Positions 1-14,176 of a DNA stretch of 64,000 nucleotides are shown here, piece by piece (the first letter of the stretch is position 1; the number at the start of each line of letters is the position of its first letter). The position numbers were made by a program, and so were the translations under genes. The DNA comes from Chrysomallon squamiferum (lineage: Eukaryota > Animalia > Mollusca). Where the stretch lies: NCBI GenBank assembly GCA_012295275.1, contig CM022670.1:37076001-37140000 (forward strand). Direction: 5' to 3'. A model generated the notes under the pieces. The model had not been told where the DNA came from. It saw only the letters and a program-made list of their open reading frames with translations, and ran no database searches.

Positions 1-823
1 GCTGCAAAACAATTTGTTAATGATAACACTTTTGTTCTGATCTAACTTTTCTTTTGCTGAAAATGTGGGTGGATCACATAATCATATATTCTAAAATTAT
101 CTTAATGAAACCAAAGCTATATTCCCATAAAGGTTATTTGTAAAAAATAGAGATAAACTCCTAACAAATCATGATTGTACAGAATAATTTTATTTTTAAA
201 ACAGTTCTCAATCATTAGAACTAAATATTGCAAAATAATTTGGTCTTTTCAAAACAGTTTTCTTTGGAACGTGGTTATAAAAGAAACAAAAACTCTCATC
301 ATGCCAGGTAATTTCACTCTTTTCAATTTTACCAATGATTGAATTATAGGGAATCTACTTCATTTCTAACCATGGATGTCACTGATGAAATTATCAATGG
401 ACGGACAAGAAAAAAAAAAAAAATAATTGTCTCTATCCTTTTGCGTAACTTTTTAAGAATATGTAAAAATAAAATTCTGACAATCTGAAACAACCGTAAA
501 GGCAGAATACGTGGAGAAAAAAAAAAAAAAAAATGAAAAAAATTTCTTAACAATTTTAAAAACCCACAGCTCATTTCCCAAATCACTGCTACACAAAGAA
601 GATATGAAAAGCAAGCAAGTTCCTTTATCAATGTAATGAAGTCACAGAATCATTTCTGAACATGGGATTACTATTTGGTCACTAAAGCACACTGAGATCT
701 TTCTGAAGTCAACTCGATGGCCAAAATATACACAAGAGCTGTCTGGACTTATAATTCAGGTTCTAAAGATGCTGCCTTACATAAAACGCCAGACTGCACT
801 TGCTGTGTGTGATTACTCAGCTG

Positions 824-3800
824 CTAAGAGTAGTTTGCCTGATGAGCAACATTCAACAGCTCGGAGAAAGCACTCTGGAAACATCTTTTGATTTCCGCGT
901 ACGACACAACTAGAACAACTTGCTCATCACGAGACATCAGGCAAATCTTTTCAGGGACGCCTGCATCAAGCTGCAAAATACACAATTAAAATTCTATTTC
1001 AACACAGACAATCATGTATCATCATGTGTACATATATACATGCAGAAATAATATATTTACTTAATTTCTCAATAAGAACAATTTACAAACAGAATGAACT
1101 AAGTCTTCATTTACAAATGTAACAAAAGAAACCCAATAAAAATAAAATTTAAATATTAAGTAAAATGCTGACGACATCATTCAACCATTTATATAGTATT
1201 TTTTGTCAGACAAATGATAAATGTGCAGATTTCAATACATGGAATTTGATCCATTTTTTTATGTAACAAGAAAAAAGATAAGGAAAAACGATAAGGAAAA
1301 AAGAAAGAATCCGTTTCTCTTTTTAAAAATACAGTTTCGTCAGCCAGGGTGAATGCATTCAATAAATGAATAAATGAGATGCGCTTGCTTTAGTTTAAGA
1401 TATCTAAGTAACTGCAATCAAAGTGCAGTAGGTGTGCTGTCAGTTTGCAACTGAAGTTAACAGTGCTAGGAAATTTCTGAATGAAGATATCACAACTGAC
1501 CTTATTCATGCACTGCACAATATGTGCCATGTCAATCCAGGGTGCTCCATTCTCATCAACTTGATGAAAGAGATAATCTCTGAACAGCTTTAGAATGTAC
1601 CGGTCTCCAGTCTCAGTCCAACTCTGATCCATGTTGAATCTGCAACAAAGTGAAGTGTTTTAAAACAAGCTGAAGTTTACAACGATTATTGATTAATTAA
1701 TTCATTTTTTTTCTATTTTTATTTAAATACTTTTGGCATAAAGCTATTATTTAAGTTAATATTTTAAAACATTTAACATTAATACTCATTAAACCAATCA
1801 AATGGACAAAATCTTCATGGTATACCACAAAATAATTCCAAACCCACAGAAGTAAATGTAATTAAGTTTTTAACAAATGAGTAAGTACAACATTATTCAA
1901 TTCTGTTGGTAAGAAAGATCATTTTTATGTTATCAATAATTTTTCTTAGTTAATTAACTTACTCTGGTCTTTCATTTACTGAACCAAGTTTACACAGTAG
2001 TCGAAGCAACCGACCATTTTCAACTTCCTAGATGAAAAAAGAAAAAAAGAAATAAAAATGTAAATTATGTGAAATATTAATGAAATACTGTTATGTGCAT
2101 TTGTATGTTAATGTTGAATAAAAAATTATACATGCTGTTTATTAATGACTGAAATTAAATGATACCTTGCCAAGTTCATTTTCCAAAACATCACTTCTGA
2201 GCTGGGCAGCATCAAGCTGTGTGAAAAATCTTGCACCTATCATTGGCATCACATCATTAATACTTCTAGGTCGGTTCTGATTTGTAAGCAAATACCTGAA
2301 AATAATCCCAGTTTTAATTTATTTATGCAATAAATAAATAATGACTGATAATAAAGAATGTGGAAAGATAATGTCTATAGCAATTTTGTACAAACATGTT
2401 TCTAATATAAGACACATCATGGCAAAGACAATATCTGCATCTCTGATTTTTTTTTTTTTTATTTTTTTATGAGACTAAGAATTTGGATTAAAACTTGTAA
2501 AAATTTAAGAAAAATAAATATAATAAAATAAAATTAGTCTATAATGTGTCGCATTATACAGCATTTAAAATACCCTGTCCTATGTGACAACAAAGAAAAA
2601 AATAGTGTGAAAAAAGGTTAATAGTTAATTATTTTGTTCAGACTAGGGCACATGTAAATTAAAAATACCATGACTCTAAATCAAAATATTAAAGAATTTT
2701 TTTTTTTTAATTTTTTTTTTTTTTCAGAATATTTACAATATAATTATTATACTAACAAAATAAGATTTTTCAAGTCTGGGGAGTAGTTCCGAGTGATGAG
2801 GTCCATGGCTGCTGTAAGCTGATCTCTCTGAACACTAAGCACACTGTTACATGCCAGAGCAAGACAAACCTTCCCAAGAGCCACCAGATCCTCTTGCTGT
2901 AAAACAAAATAATATATAAATCCCTTTTCAGAATACTGTCTTTTTTCCCTTGATAAATTACTTGTTTTTATATTAGTAAGAAACAATTAGTATGTTTAAT
3001 TTGAATTTTTTGTCTGGGAGATGAGAAACCACTTATTCAGTTCAGGTATCTTTTTATAAGGAAAAAAAAAAATGATGAGAGGAAAACTGATTATTAATAA
3101 ATATTTTTGAATTTAACAAAATAATAAAAGTGAAAAGTTCACCAATAAACCTTGCAAAATTAGAATTTCAGTGTTTTTAACATTTAACTTTCTTGAGCTG
3201 AAATCTTGCAAGATAAACAGACCTGAAAAGTTTACAGAAAGAATATTTATAATTTCAATGTACCTGATAGTGCTGCATTACTGCCAGTGGATTTGTTTTA
3301 CTGTTGTCAAATGTCAACACGTCTATGATTCCGACAGAATTCAATCTCAATCTGAAAATAAAACCATTAAGAAATTATTTATTATTATTTTAATTTTATT
3401 TATCCAAAGGCATACACAATCAGCAGTATTTTCAATGGTGAACAGAATAATTAAAGTGTATACAAACGACAATAAAGAAAACAGTCATTACAGACATTTT
3501 GTGGATGGAAACTTAGATCACATATTATTTAGTATATACAGATTCATACACAAGTTGTACAGTTTTCTTTGTTTTAAATCACCTCGATTTGTTACAGATA
3601 AGAATTTTTGATGGCTCCAATATCCTATATGCAAGCCCAGCTGCATGAATGGCACGAAGAGCAGAACTGAGTTGAACCACGTAAGTCCAGATCAAACTTT
3701 CTGGCAGCAGTTCCGTGTGTGGGTTTGAACTGTTAACAACCGAGTTGGTTATGCCTAAAAATAAGAATTATTATATTTCAAACAAGTGATTATATAAATT

Positions 3801-6800
3801 AAAAAAAATAAACTATCATCACACTGGTTTAGATTTAACTGTTCTTTAAACAATATAAAACCATTATTTGATTTTTCATACGAGAATAACATGACTGAAC
3901 AGTTCTTTTGTGCTTTCTTTTAAAAATTATTATGTTATAAAATATACAAATATTTAAAAGAGGTATGAAATTAAGAGAAATGCAAAACCTTTAGGAACAG
4001 TGCTTTGTCTGGAATTTGGTTCAGGGTTAAATCCGTTGACTTGTGCAGGATGAAGAAAATGTCTAGACATCAATGTTTCTGCTCCAGGGTGGTAATCATA
4101 CACAAATACAATTGCTAAAAAGAAGAAAAAGAAAAAAAAAAGTTTAAATAAAATGGTTGTATTTGCATCAAAATTTCAAATATTAGTTATTTATTACTTT
4201 TACCAGATAGCAGAAATAAATAAACTGATAATCGGAATAATATCACTAAATGGCACGTAACAGCTCTTTCAAATTATTTCCACTGCAATTTTAAAACAAC
4301 ACTGACCTCTGACGATTATTTTAAAATGTAAAACAAACTTACAGCTATCACCAAATGCTTTTGTTGTGAACACTTCTCTTAACTGAACAATATTTGGGTG
4401 ATACATTTTTCTCCACATGTCAATTAACGGCATACATTTTGTGTTGGCCAGTCGGTATCCTGAAATTGTAATGATTGTTACGAGTGCATTTAGTGACAGT
4501 CTGAAAAACACAACACATGCACATCTGTAGTGCCATCTAATCTGAGAATCAAACTGATAAACAGATAAAAAAAAAAAAATTATTCAGAGAGGAACTAAAG
4601 TAAAATATGTAGTTTTCAAATGTTTTTGTATAATCAATGGATTTTTTAATATTTATTTTAACAAAGAATGCATTAGCTATTTTACAAAAGTGATTAAGTG
4701 ACAATGAAAAAGAGAAAAATCTTAGTCATTTTAACATTTCAGTTATAGTTCTGTTATTTTTACAAAAATGAATATTGGGGGAGCTTTTACTGTCAGGCAT
4801 GAAGAATAAGAGAAAAGCCAGTAACTAACCTTGTATTCTTCTGATACAGTAAATCAAGCCGTCTTTTGTATTAACAGCTTTGTAACACATAGTTGGGTAG
4901 TGAAAGGTGTTTGACTTTTGAATCATGCTGGTTGGCGGTTCCAGTGGAAACAGGTTATTGTAATGGTCCATTTCAGCAGGAATATCTTTAATAGACCAGT
5001 CAAAATTAAAATCTACATTTACACACAGAGTACAAGCTAAAATCAAATTATTAATTTATAATGTAAACAGCAAAAGTTTCTTAAATGAAATGATTTTTAA
5101 AATTTTTATGCTGTTTTCTAAGAAACTCAGGATATATTGTAAAAAGAAAAATTAAAAAAAACAAAGCAACATGTCACTATACTGTAATATTTTGTAATAA
5201 GTATCTGCAAGTAACAAACCTGAATTCTGAGAGTGGTCAATTTGTGCCAGACTGAGAGAATGTTTGTTTAATACATCCTACAAAACAAAACAAAACAAAA
5301 TTAATACTGGATGAAAATTTTAAATTGCCAAATTTCTGATATTCATCATCTGTTTGTTATCATTTGATTAAAATATGATAAAATATTTTTAAAGTATTCT
5401 TGTATGATGTTATATTGCAAATAAACATTCATTCATGTTTTACAGAACACGGAGGATCTCACCATTTTTAATTCATCCGGCATAAAAAACTGTGGCATGT
5501 TGACCTTGACCTTCATATGAGCAATGTGGGGAGGCACCCCTGGATACACGGAGAAATTAGGCAACTGCTGAAAGTAAGTGAAAAAGTGAAAATAACGATT
5601 CTTGTCATTTATTCTGCTTTACAAAACTTAGCCGTTCAGAAAATCGTTAGCAAAATTTCATAATTTTAATGCATATCTATATGGATAATATAATAAATTA
5701 AAACATTTACCAGTTTAATTGGCAAAAATGAAAATTAAATTAGATTTCATTATTCATATTTAACACTCACCACGCCTTCATACTGTGGATTAAAATCATC
5801 AGGATGGTAAAAATAAGTTGTGCCTCCAACATTTTCCTGTATGAAAAACAAATGTATGGTATGCACCATGTAATCTACAGCCCTTAACGTTCTAAGATTA
5901 TATTAAAGTTAAATTTATTCTTTTAAATTAAACTCATAAATTTTCCATAAACAGACTATTACAATGCAGATAACAACCAGTTCTGAAAACACGACTTAGC
6001 AACGTTAGCTATGTTAAAAAGAGGTCATTGAAATGTAGATAATAATGTCAGATTTACTCATTTTTAAAAAATAAATGCTGGAAATTATTTGACCAAAATA
6101 TTTACTTAGTGCAGGTTTTAAATTATAAAAGAAGAATGCAAATCCAGCCATAAAATGTATGCAAATAAATATTCTGAAAAATAAATACAGATTTTAACAT
6201 CTTCATAAATAACAAAAATTTAAAAGGCTAAATAGGCAATAGGGGGAAAAGGTTTTATTATTATTTGTAAAAAGCAACTAGTAATCATACACAAACATAT
6301 GCAATTGTCTGTGGCATTCAGAAACTTAGAGGAGTCTACTACATTACTTTTAATTATTCTCCGACAACTTTTTGGGGGCCATGGTCTACACATGATCAGT
6401 TCTCATTTGTAAACTGTTGACTGCAGCCATAGAAAATGCTATGAACACCATTTTGTTTTGAAACACACTTTTTTGTTGCAATCAATTTTTTCTGAACGGA
6501 TTGGATAGTACATAAAATGATTTTTAAAAATAAATAATGCAGTCGATATTTAAAAAAAAAAAAGAGTCAAAGACAAATACCTGAAGGGTGCCATCACTGT
6601 CCTTCTGAGGTATGGTTGTCTGTCTAAGTGGTGTGGCTGGTGACGATGTTCGTCTCAACATCAGAGGAGATCCTGCTGGTGATATTCCAGGACTGTGGTT
6701 TGGACTGGCATGCGAGTACACAACATCTGAAATTTTAAAACAACTTATAAACATTTTTTTTTTTTGGCTACCAAAATACTTTCAATACATTAACGCTCCT

Positions 6801-9800
6801 CAAAAAATAAAAACATTTGTGAAGAGTTGAAGTACTAAAATAGTTGTCTGATTTGTGTATGTTTACAGGATTTGGGATTTGCATGAGTGTGTACTTGTAA
6901 AGGTAATTTCACACTTGTATTTCTGTTAAATTTATATTATGCAGTAACTTCTAATCATGTAAAAGCATAAAATACAAAACATGTACACGTATATGTATAT
7001 GAACAAATGTTTTACAAATTTCAGCAACTTCAACTGAAATAAAACAATATTATGAGAAACACTATTCCATTATTCTTAAGTGTATATGTATGCTATAATA
7101 TTCAGCACATTTAGAAGAATTGAATAACTGAGCCATTATTTTTTTAAATAATTATTTAATTTATTAATATGTTCTCTTGCCGAGAAGAATATATCAATAT
7201 GTTTTAACAGTGTGTAAGAAACAAACAGTCAAAAAAGATAAATTCAAGCTACCACACAACTTTTAACAGCTTACAAATTCAATATATTTATATTTCAGTT
7301 ATGTGGTCCATCTTTCTCTGTAAAGAGAGTAACTGTTATAACGTTCTGCTAAAGGTAAAGACCACAAGAGGAAGGAGAAACAGTATTTAATGTGTTTCAA
7401 AAAAAACAGGTTGTGAAAGGACAAATATGAGAATATCTCACTTGTGTTGGCAATATGACTTGTGCTTTGAATGGATGATGGCAAGTTGGAAGAGTTGTAC
7501 ACGGAAGAGTAAGATGAAAACGAAGGTGTGCTTGAACTGTGAGACAACGATGCAGCTTGCTTGATCAAGTCAGTAGCAGGATTCTGAAGGACAAACATTA
7601 CTTTTATTACAGGCATGAAAATCAAAAACATAAATAATCAAGAAATATATATATATATATAACATGTATAATAATTAAAGAATTATAATTTAAATACTTT
7701 TTGAAAAGCAAGCAAAACATCTTGTAATGTCTCACATAGATGTTAAAGTCATTTGAAAATGTACTCGCTTAACAACTTTAAAAACATATTTACTTTTCAA
7801 AACTACTAATTCTGCTTTGACACAATTACTTGATTTTGTTCAAAACTGAATAAATAACAAGTATCTCATTTTGTAACTGTCACAAATCAGTAAATCAGAC
7901 AGATTTTTTAAAATGACACCTTTCATTATTCCACTAGTATCCATATAAACTAAATATATAATATATATATACACATAATAAATTTCAAGGTTCCTGTGGA
8001 GCTGGATTGTCTGAAAAATCCATGCAAATGTTTGTAAGCTACACACAAATAATCAACTGATGATAAATATCAATTACTGCTTAAGCCACACATAATTATT
8101 AAAATTTAAATAAACATCTTGCAGACAACACTTTTTAAAAGTTAACACTATTAAAAAAAAAAGAAATGAATTATTATTTTTCAGTGGTCAAGAACTAACA
8201 CTTTGATTTAAATATATTCTTAAATTTAAAAGAGTAATCAGAAAGTGTAATGGACTACTTATTTAACAATGTATTATTTATAAATTTAGCTGTACGAAAA
8301 ATCCAATGTTAATTTAACATTCAGGAAATCCTTCACATATGCTTTTTAACTTGACAAATACTCTAACACAACATCAAATAAAAATGGCCAACGTTTGATT
8401 ATTGTTGCACAACAATGATGTTTAAAGTAGCAATTACAACAATAGCACAATAGTAATAATAATACTATAAAAACACACTGAAGTATGACCAAGCATGAGG
8501 GAATGTACTAATACCAACAATGAGAATAATGGAAGAACTTAGTTTCTGTGTTATTAGCTTACGATTTTAAATAATTAATATATGTTAGCCAAAAGGAAAA
8601 CTGAATATACATATACATGTACAATGTACAGTCTCTCCTAATGATTACACTCACAGACAGTTTTCCTGGTATGGGTGCTCCAGCTAAGGTTAAAGCAGCA
8701 AAATCATTTGCCATGTTCTGGTCAATAACAGGTGGACCAGGTGCTGCATATAGCTTAGAATTCTGAGATAATGGTCCAAGATTACCATTCCTTGACCGTG
8801 GCCTAGGTCTCTGCAAAAAGTTAACAAGTGTTTCATTATTTTTTATTCAATCAAATTTTAAAGTAATAATGGCACAGTCAAGCATTTTTCCAAGGGACTT
8901 TATCATTAATGTGTTTACTTTTGACGAGCAGCAAGGGAAAAAGCGTATTTTGCAAATATTTCGATTTGAAATAATAATATCTTATGACTGATGATCTTTT
9001 CTTGTTAAATGTTTCATTTATTCCCTAAATAGACAAAACAAAACATAAATAAACACATTAAATAATAATATATATATACCATAATTTTTTTTTAGTTGCC
9101 GTTACACAGTAATATTTATCGTACATTTTTTCAAGCAACATTTGGAACATTGACCATTTTCAATTCAACAGGTATTACTTGTCACGTACAAAGCCACAAT
9201 AAACACAGCTAAGATCCCGGGAGGTGCACTTCTACCAACATGCATTAACGGACATAACAAAATAAAATAAAATACTACAACAAACCTTTCCTGCCACTGA
9301 CAATGGCTGGAAATCTGGCATGGGTCCAACTGCATTAAATGTGGCATTAAAATACTGATCACCATTGTTTGGCAATGCTTCACCTAAGAAAAAGAAAAAG
9401 AACAATGTGCTGTTATGCCTGTACTGATTATCAATATGTTCAATTGTGCCTACATATCAAATCTGCTTTATTAGTTGAAGTGTATCAGAAGAGTAGTTTT
9501 GAGGTTTTTTATTGTTACAGTTTCCATGATTTAAAGTGCAATATGTGTAAAGAGCAAACTTTTTTAACTTCAAAATTGTTTCTGGCAATTTTTTTTTAAC
9601 AACAGAAGTTTGTAGCATGTAGCAATTCATGGCTACCCCACATTCCCTTCTTTCTTATGAAGATTTCAGTTCTCAGAGAGGAGAGAAGAAAAGAAAAAAA
9701 AAAAGATTAAAAAAAGATTAAAGTAATGAACCGATTAATGTTCTTTTATTTAACTATTCATTTTATACTTTAACCAAAGAAGAAGTATTATGTTACTTGA

Positions 9801-10680
9801 TAGAAAGATTAGACCTACAAACTGTATCTGATCCAGACACCCCAAAATCAGGTAGAAATGAAATTATAACACAAACTGAATGTGGTATACTGAAGTTTGT
9901 TACTTTGCATTTAACATTCACAATGTAATACTTTATATGTGCTACTTTAACTTCATCATTTAAATAAAAAGTTCAAAGCTGGATAGTTTTTCAATAAAAC
10001 TGACATCACATTATTTGTGTAATTATATAATTCATTTATAAATTCATTCAGTTATATATGCAGCTCCTTTACAAATTAATGCAATCATCAGTTTTGTATT
10101 TAAGATTATATTATGCAGCAAGAAATTACAATACTTAAAATAATTAAATATAAACAATAATTTGGCAAAACGCCAATACCTAGACTGACTAAAATGCTAC
10201 CATTACATAAATGTTTGGTGTAGAGTTTATATATATGAAAAAATAATTTAAAAAACCAAATAAATAAATAAAAATTAATAAAAACAAGTAAATATATAAA
10301 AATTGATAAAATGATAAATATCAGAAAAGAAAAACATGACCAAAATAAAATTATATAAACTCTGAATAATTAATCATTTAATTGTGCATTCAGTATGCCT
10401 GTTGACAGCGATGTTGACCTAGATTTCAGTGCGAGAGTTCAAAACAGATGACACAGTAAATCACTAAACATTACTGTGATCGAGAAAAATTGTATTACTC
10501 AGCCGATGTATAATTTATACCTTTGTTTTCGTTCGCGGCGGTAGGTCCATTAGAAAAAGAATTTTGGAGACCATGAGACTGATGAAGAAACTGACATTCA
10601 TCACCGTAAATACATGAACCCGAACTCAAAAAATAGCGGCATAATGCAGGCTTTTTCCCAGGAGGCACTGCATTTGCCAT
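824..10680 (-). CDS. PAN3: PAN2-PAN3 deadenylation complex subunit PAN3 (CCCH zinc finger, pseudokinase, coiled coil, C-terminal knob), ~736 aa
   Basis: Coding exons, all GT-AG and phase-consistent: 10680-10521, 9383-9286, 8810-8655, 7583-7442, 6726-6581, 5836-5771, 5567-5463, 5277-5220, 4985-4830, 4459-4343, 4114-3989, 3754-3583, 3351-3264, 2896-2757, 2295-2166, 2027-1963, 1639-1501, 970-824 (TAG). Motifs: CRYFLSSGSCIYGDECQFLH (CCCH), ENVGGTTYFY, HPNIVQLREVFTTKAFGD, QEDLVALGK, MPMIGARF, ENGRL, WTETGDRYILKLFRDYLFHQV, KLDAG. Confidence 0.97.
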
Positions 10681-10799
10681 TGTAAAATAAGAATCTTCGT
10701 ATCAGGTCGTCATTCACTTTGAATTCTGTATATGTCTTGTGTGATCTAATTTTGCAATTTCTTAATTATTTGCTTGTTTACAGATCAAATCGTCTCTTA

Positions 10800-10980
10800 A
10801 AAACTAGAGCCAGTTCGGGTAAATATATGATGCGCGCGCATCTCGCTTGGGGAATTATGGGAGAGGCAAGGACGTTGGGTCTCATACAACAATTTTGTTC
10901 AAGTGCGAAGTTTTATTTGTGCTTCCGGTCGAAATTCATTGTCTGTTTAGAACTAATAAAGTTATTTAACTATTGTAAGC
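10800..10980. promoter_or_regulatory. Putative PAN3 proximal promoter (CpG-rich patch)
   Basis: Lies 120-300 bp upstream of the PAN3 ATG. Contains the palindrome TGCGCGCGCA (10831-10840, NRF1-like), a Staf/ZNF143-like CTCCCATAATTCCCC on the minus strand (10849-10863) and ETS CTTCCGG (~10922). Motif matches only. Confidence 0.5.
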
Positions 10981-11294
10981 ATTTATAAGATTAGGTATAA
11001 ACACAAAAAAAAATATATGAATACTTTTTATTTTATTTTATTAATAAAAGCTATAATTATTTTGATTTACTATGTCGTACTAACTTGAAACTGGAATAAC
11101 ACTGCACCACTGAATTCATTTTACGATATATTTGTATTATGTAAACTGAACAGTTACATACAAACTGGCGCTCGATTTGTTTTTATCTGTTTGTAACTTT
11201 CGTTTATTGCTGATTTTTCATTCCGCATAAAAATATGGAACAATTCAGTATATTTTGTTTTCCCATTTCAGTACCTAATCAGATTAGCGCAATT

Positions 11295-11350
11295 ACTACT
11301 ACTATTACTCCTATTAATGTGGCTACTACTACTTCTGCTATTGCTGCTGA

Positions 11351-11386
<36 letters not shown>

Positions 11387-11390
11387 TATC
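11295..11390. repeat. Degenerate (ACT)n microsatellite
   Basis: tactactact tracts; source of the poly-T and poly-L ORFs. Confidence 0.85.
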
Positions 11391-11925
11391 GCCTTGCTAC
11401 TACTCAGTGACGGAACTAGGGGTACGTAAATGGCTAAGAGAAAGAGTCAATACGCCACTGCTTCTAAGTCATGAAGATCGATCATGTAAAAATGTCTAAA
11501 GACTATAAACTAATAGTGATTATTATTTCTTAATGATACTTTACAGCATCGACATTGAAACCTTAAATACACTGATAAACAGAATTGTCTTTAAACCTAA
11601 TAATTACTCAGGAGTGTTATTTGACAACAACAACATCAGCAACAAAAATAATAATACTTTTTGATTAAAATAATATTTTAAAATGTACATACAAAATAAG
11701 ACTAAGTCCAAAGCTTTTTCTTAAATTATATATATATATATATATATATATTTATTTATTTATTTTTTACCTTTGATAACCAGCTGAAAGTTTTGATATT
11801 TATCAGTCATACGTGAATTAATATAGCCTGTACTACAGCTTAAAGAATTTAAATAAAATGTCACTTTAGGTATAAACATATTATTTAAATTATGTTTTAA
11901 AGCATCGTTTTCCAATTTCTATTAA

Positions 11926-11927
<2 letters not shown>

Positions 11928-11979
<52 letters not shown>
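11928..11979. repeat. (ATT)n microsatellite
   Basis: Pure attattatt run. Confidence 0.95.
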
Positions 11980-11981
<2 letters not shown>

Positions 11982-14176
11982 TCATTCATTCATTCATTTT
12001 TATTTTTATTGTTAATATTATTTATTTATTTCTGTGACTGAAATTATGTGAATTTACTATAAAAAAAAATTCTCATTTTTCTGTTTATCGATGCTTCAGT
12101 TTATGCGCCGGCCTACATGTGTTGTTCGTGACTGAATATGTACTCACACACAAACTGTGTGTGTACGTGTACATATGTGTGTATTTGTATCTATGTATGC
12201 ATTACATATAATATTATGTAAAGGAAAATCACATGCGTATATCAAACTGCACGTTTTAGGAATAAATAACACAAATACATGTATATACATATATAGGGAT
12301 ACAACTCTACAATATATGTATTTTTGTATCTCAAGAAATATGGACCTGTTTCTTATATTTTGAAAAAGGAATTACCAACGTGAAATTTTCGGCAGGTCTC
12401 TATGGCCATAATGGACCTAACATACCGGTCTACGTAATACCAGATGCAATAAGTGCCCATCTGTGCATTCACTACTTATTGAAAAACGTCCGACGCCCTA
12501 CAAATACAAGCCTATCATAACATAACACGGGCTTTTGTTTTTCGTTTGACATTTAGACACATCTCCTAGGAATCTCTAAGAAACATCCGGCAAAAAAATA
12601 TCCCAGGATAAGAACGATATTTGTTGTCATATTCCATTTCTCTGGACTGACTAATGCGCTAACTCTTACCAAGGAATCATTACTAATACTCGTATGGTTG
12701 CATTATTTCGTGTACTGCATAAGATTTCATCACTGGTTCTAAATTATGAGCCAACACAGCCAGACGCCATCGAGTTCCCGCTGAGTCAGTGGCGCGGCAT
12801 TGTGAGATAAACATAGACCACTTCTCCTACTCTCGATCACCTTTGATACGCAAGCTTCTTGTCCGTGTGAATAAATAACCATATCCTTTCTAAATCAGGT
12901 GCATGATAAACAAGACAATGCGGGCACTGGGGAAAGCTAATCTTAGCACACTTGTACGAATATTGTTCGAGAGAAGCATACGTTCGTTTTTAGAATGCAC
13001 GAACGTTAAAATTTTAAGTTGACTAACTTTTTCTGGAATTACAGAAAAAAGGTAAAGTAACAAACTAATTTATTTTATAGTCGAATTTATTAAAAAGGAT
13101 TAAAATTAATATATATATAAGGGCAGAAAGGAGTGTGTTACGATACTTATTTTCATTATCTGAATTAATCATTATGTTTGTTTTAAACGAAACAAAATTT
13201 ATGAAATAGTGAAGATGATAAATAATTATATTATAAATACCCACTATGGTGAAATTGTTTTTGGAGGGGTTGTAAAAAATAAAAAAATAAAAAGATATTA
13301 TATAAATTACAAACACCTTTGTTTTTGAAATTTTTTAATACTCTCCTTTTTTAATAAAGTCTACTGTGCATACTTTTCTGATATTTGTAGTCTCCAAATA
13401 TTCTATAATTTTATTTATTATTATATTATTTTATATTATCACATTTTATTTTATTTTTATTTTTATTTCATCATTTTATTTATTTATTATTATTAGTATT
13501 TTTTTACAGCAATTAGATATTAAGTGTAACGACATTCAGTTTTCAGGTATGATAGTAATATTATTTTGATTTCATCAACGATGATCATTACACTGTCAAA
13601 CACATACAATTAAAATAGAGATGCAAAGGCCAGTTTAAACAATTTAACATAGATGTTTAAATAACAGCCTTTACTTATTTTAAACACATATTCTTTAAAC
13701 AAACGGATTTTAATGTTTCAGCATAAAATATGAACTAATCTTTGCTCGTTTCGTAACATTTGTAGAACTAATATTTTCTTGCTTATGTAAAATTTTAAGT
13801 ATTTAATAACTAAACATGAATAATAATCGATCTTTAATTTTAATAACATCAAAATTAATTGTTTGTTTCAAACTGCGTGAGATTCATTGGAATTTTACTC
13901 TTACATAAAGATTAAATTTATGCTCGTGGCAGTTAAAGGATGTCAGGCTAAAAACACAATTAAATATGATTTTGAAATTAATTCTAATGAAAACTAGTTT
14001 ATTTTTTAAGTCATATTTCTAATTAGCAGACACCAAAATGTCTTCCACAGAGGCTTAAATATTTTGCTTGATTCAAGTTTCGAAACTGAAAGGATTATTC
14101 ATTGCGATTAAATTTCTTTTAACACGAATATTAAGGACGTACCTTTTCAAAAATTACTATCTTAATTTCAGGAAAT

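Noticed and set aside
2150-2165. U12-type intron in PAN3 (donor GTATC)
   Set aside because: It continues GTATCATT rather than GTATCCTT; no U12 consensus was seen at any junction examined
11235-11499. Poly-T and poly-L ORFs
   Set aside because: Translations of an (ACT)n microsatellite
12360-13051. GC-richer block as a coding exon or pseudogene of the SOCS-box gene
   Set aside because: No sustained reading frame; the frame entering the 13051 donor has TAA at 13007 and no ATG, so it is treated as promoter/5'UTR
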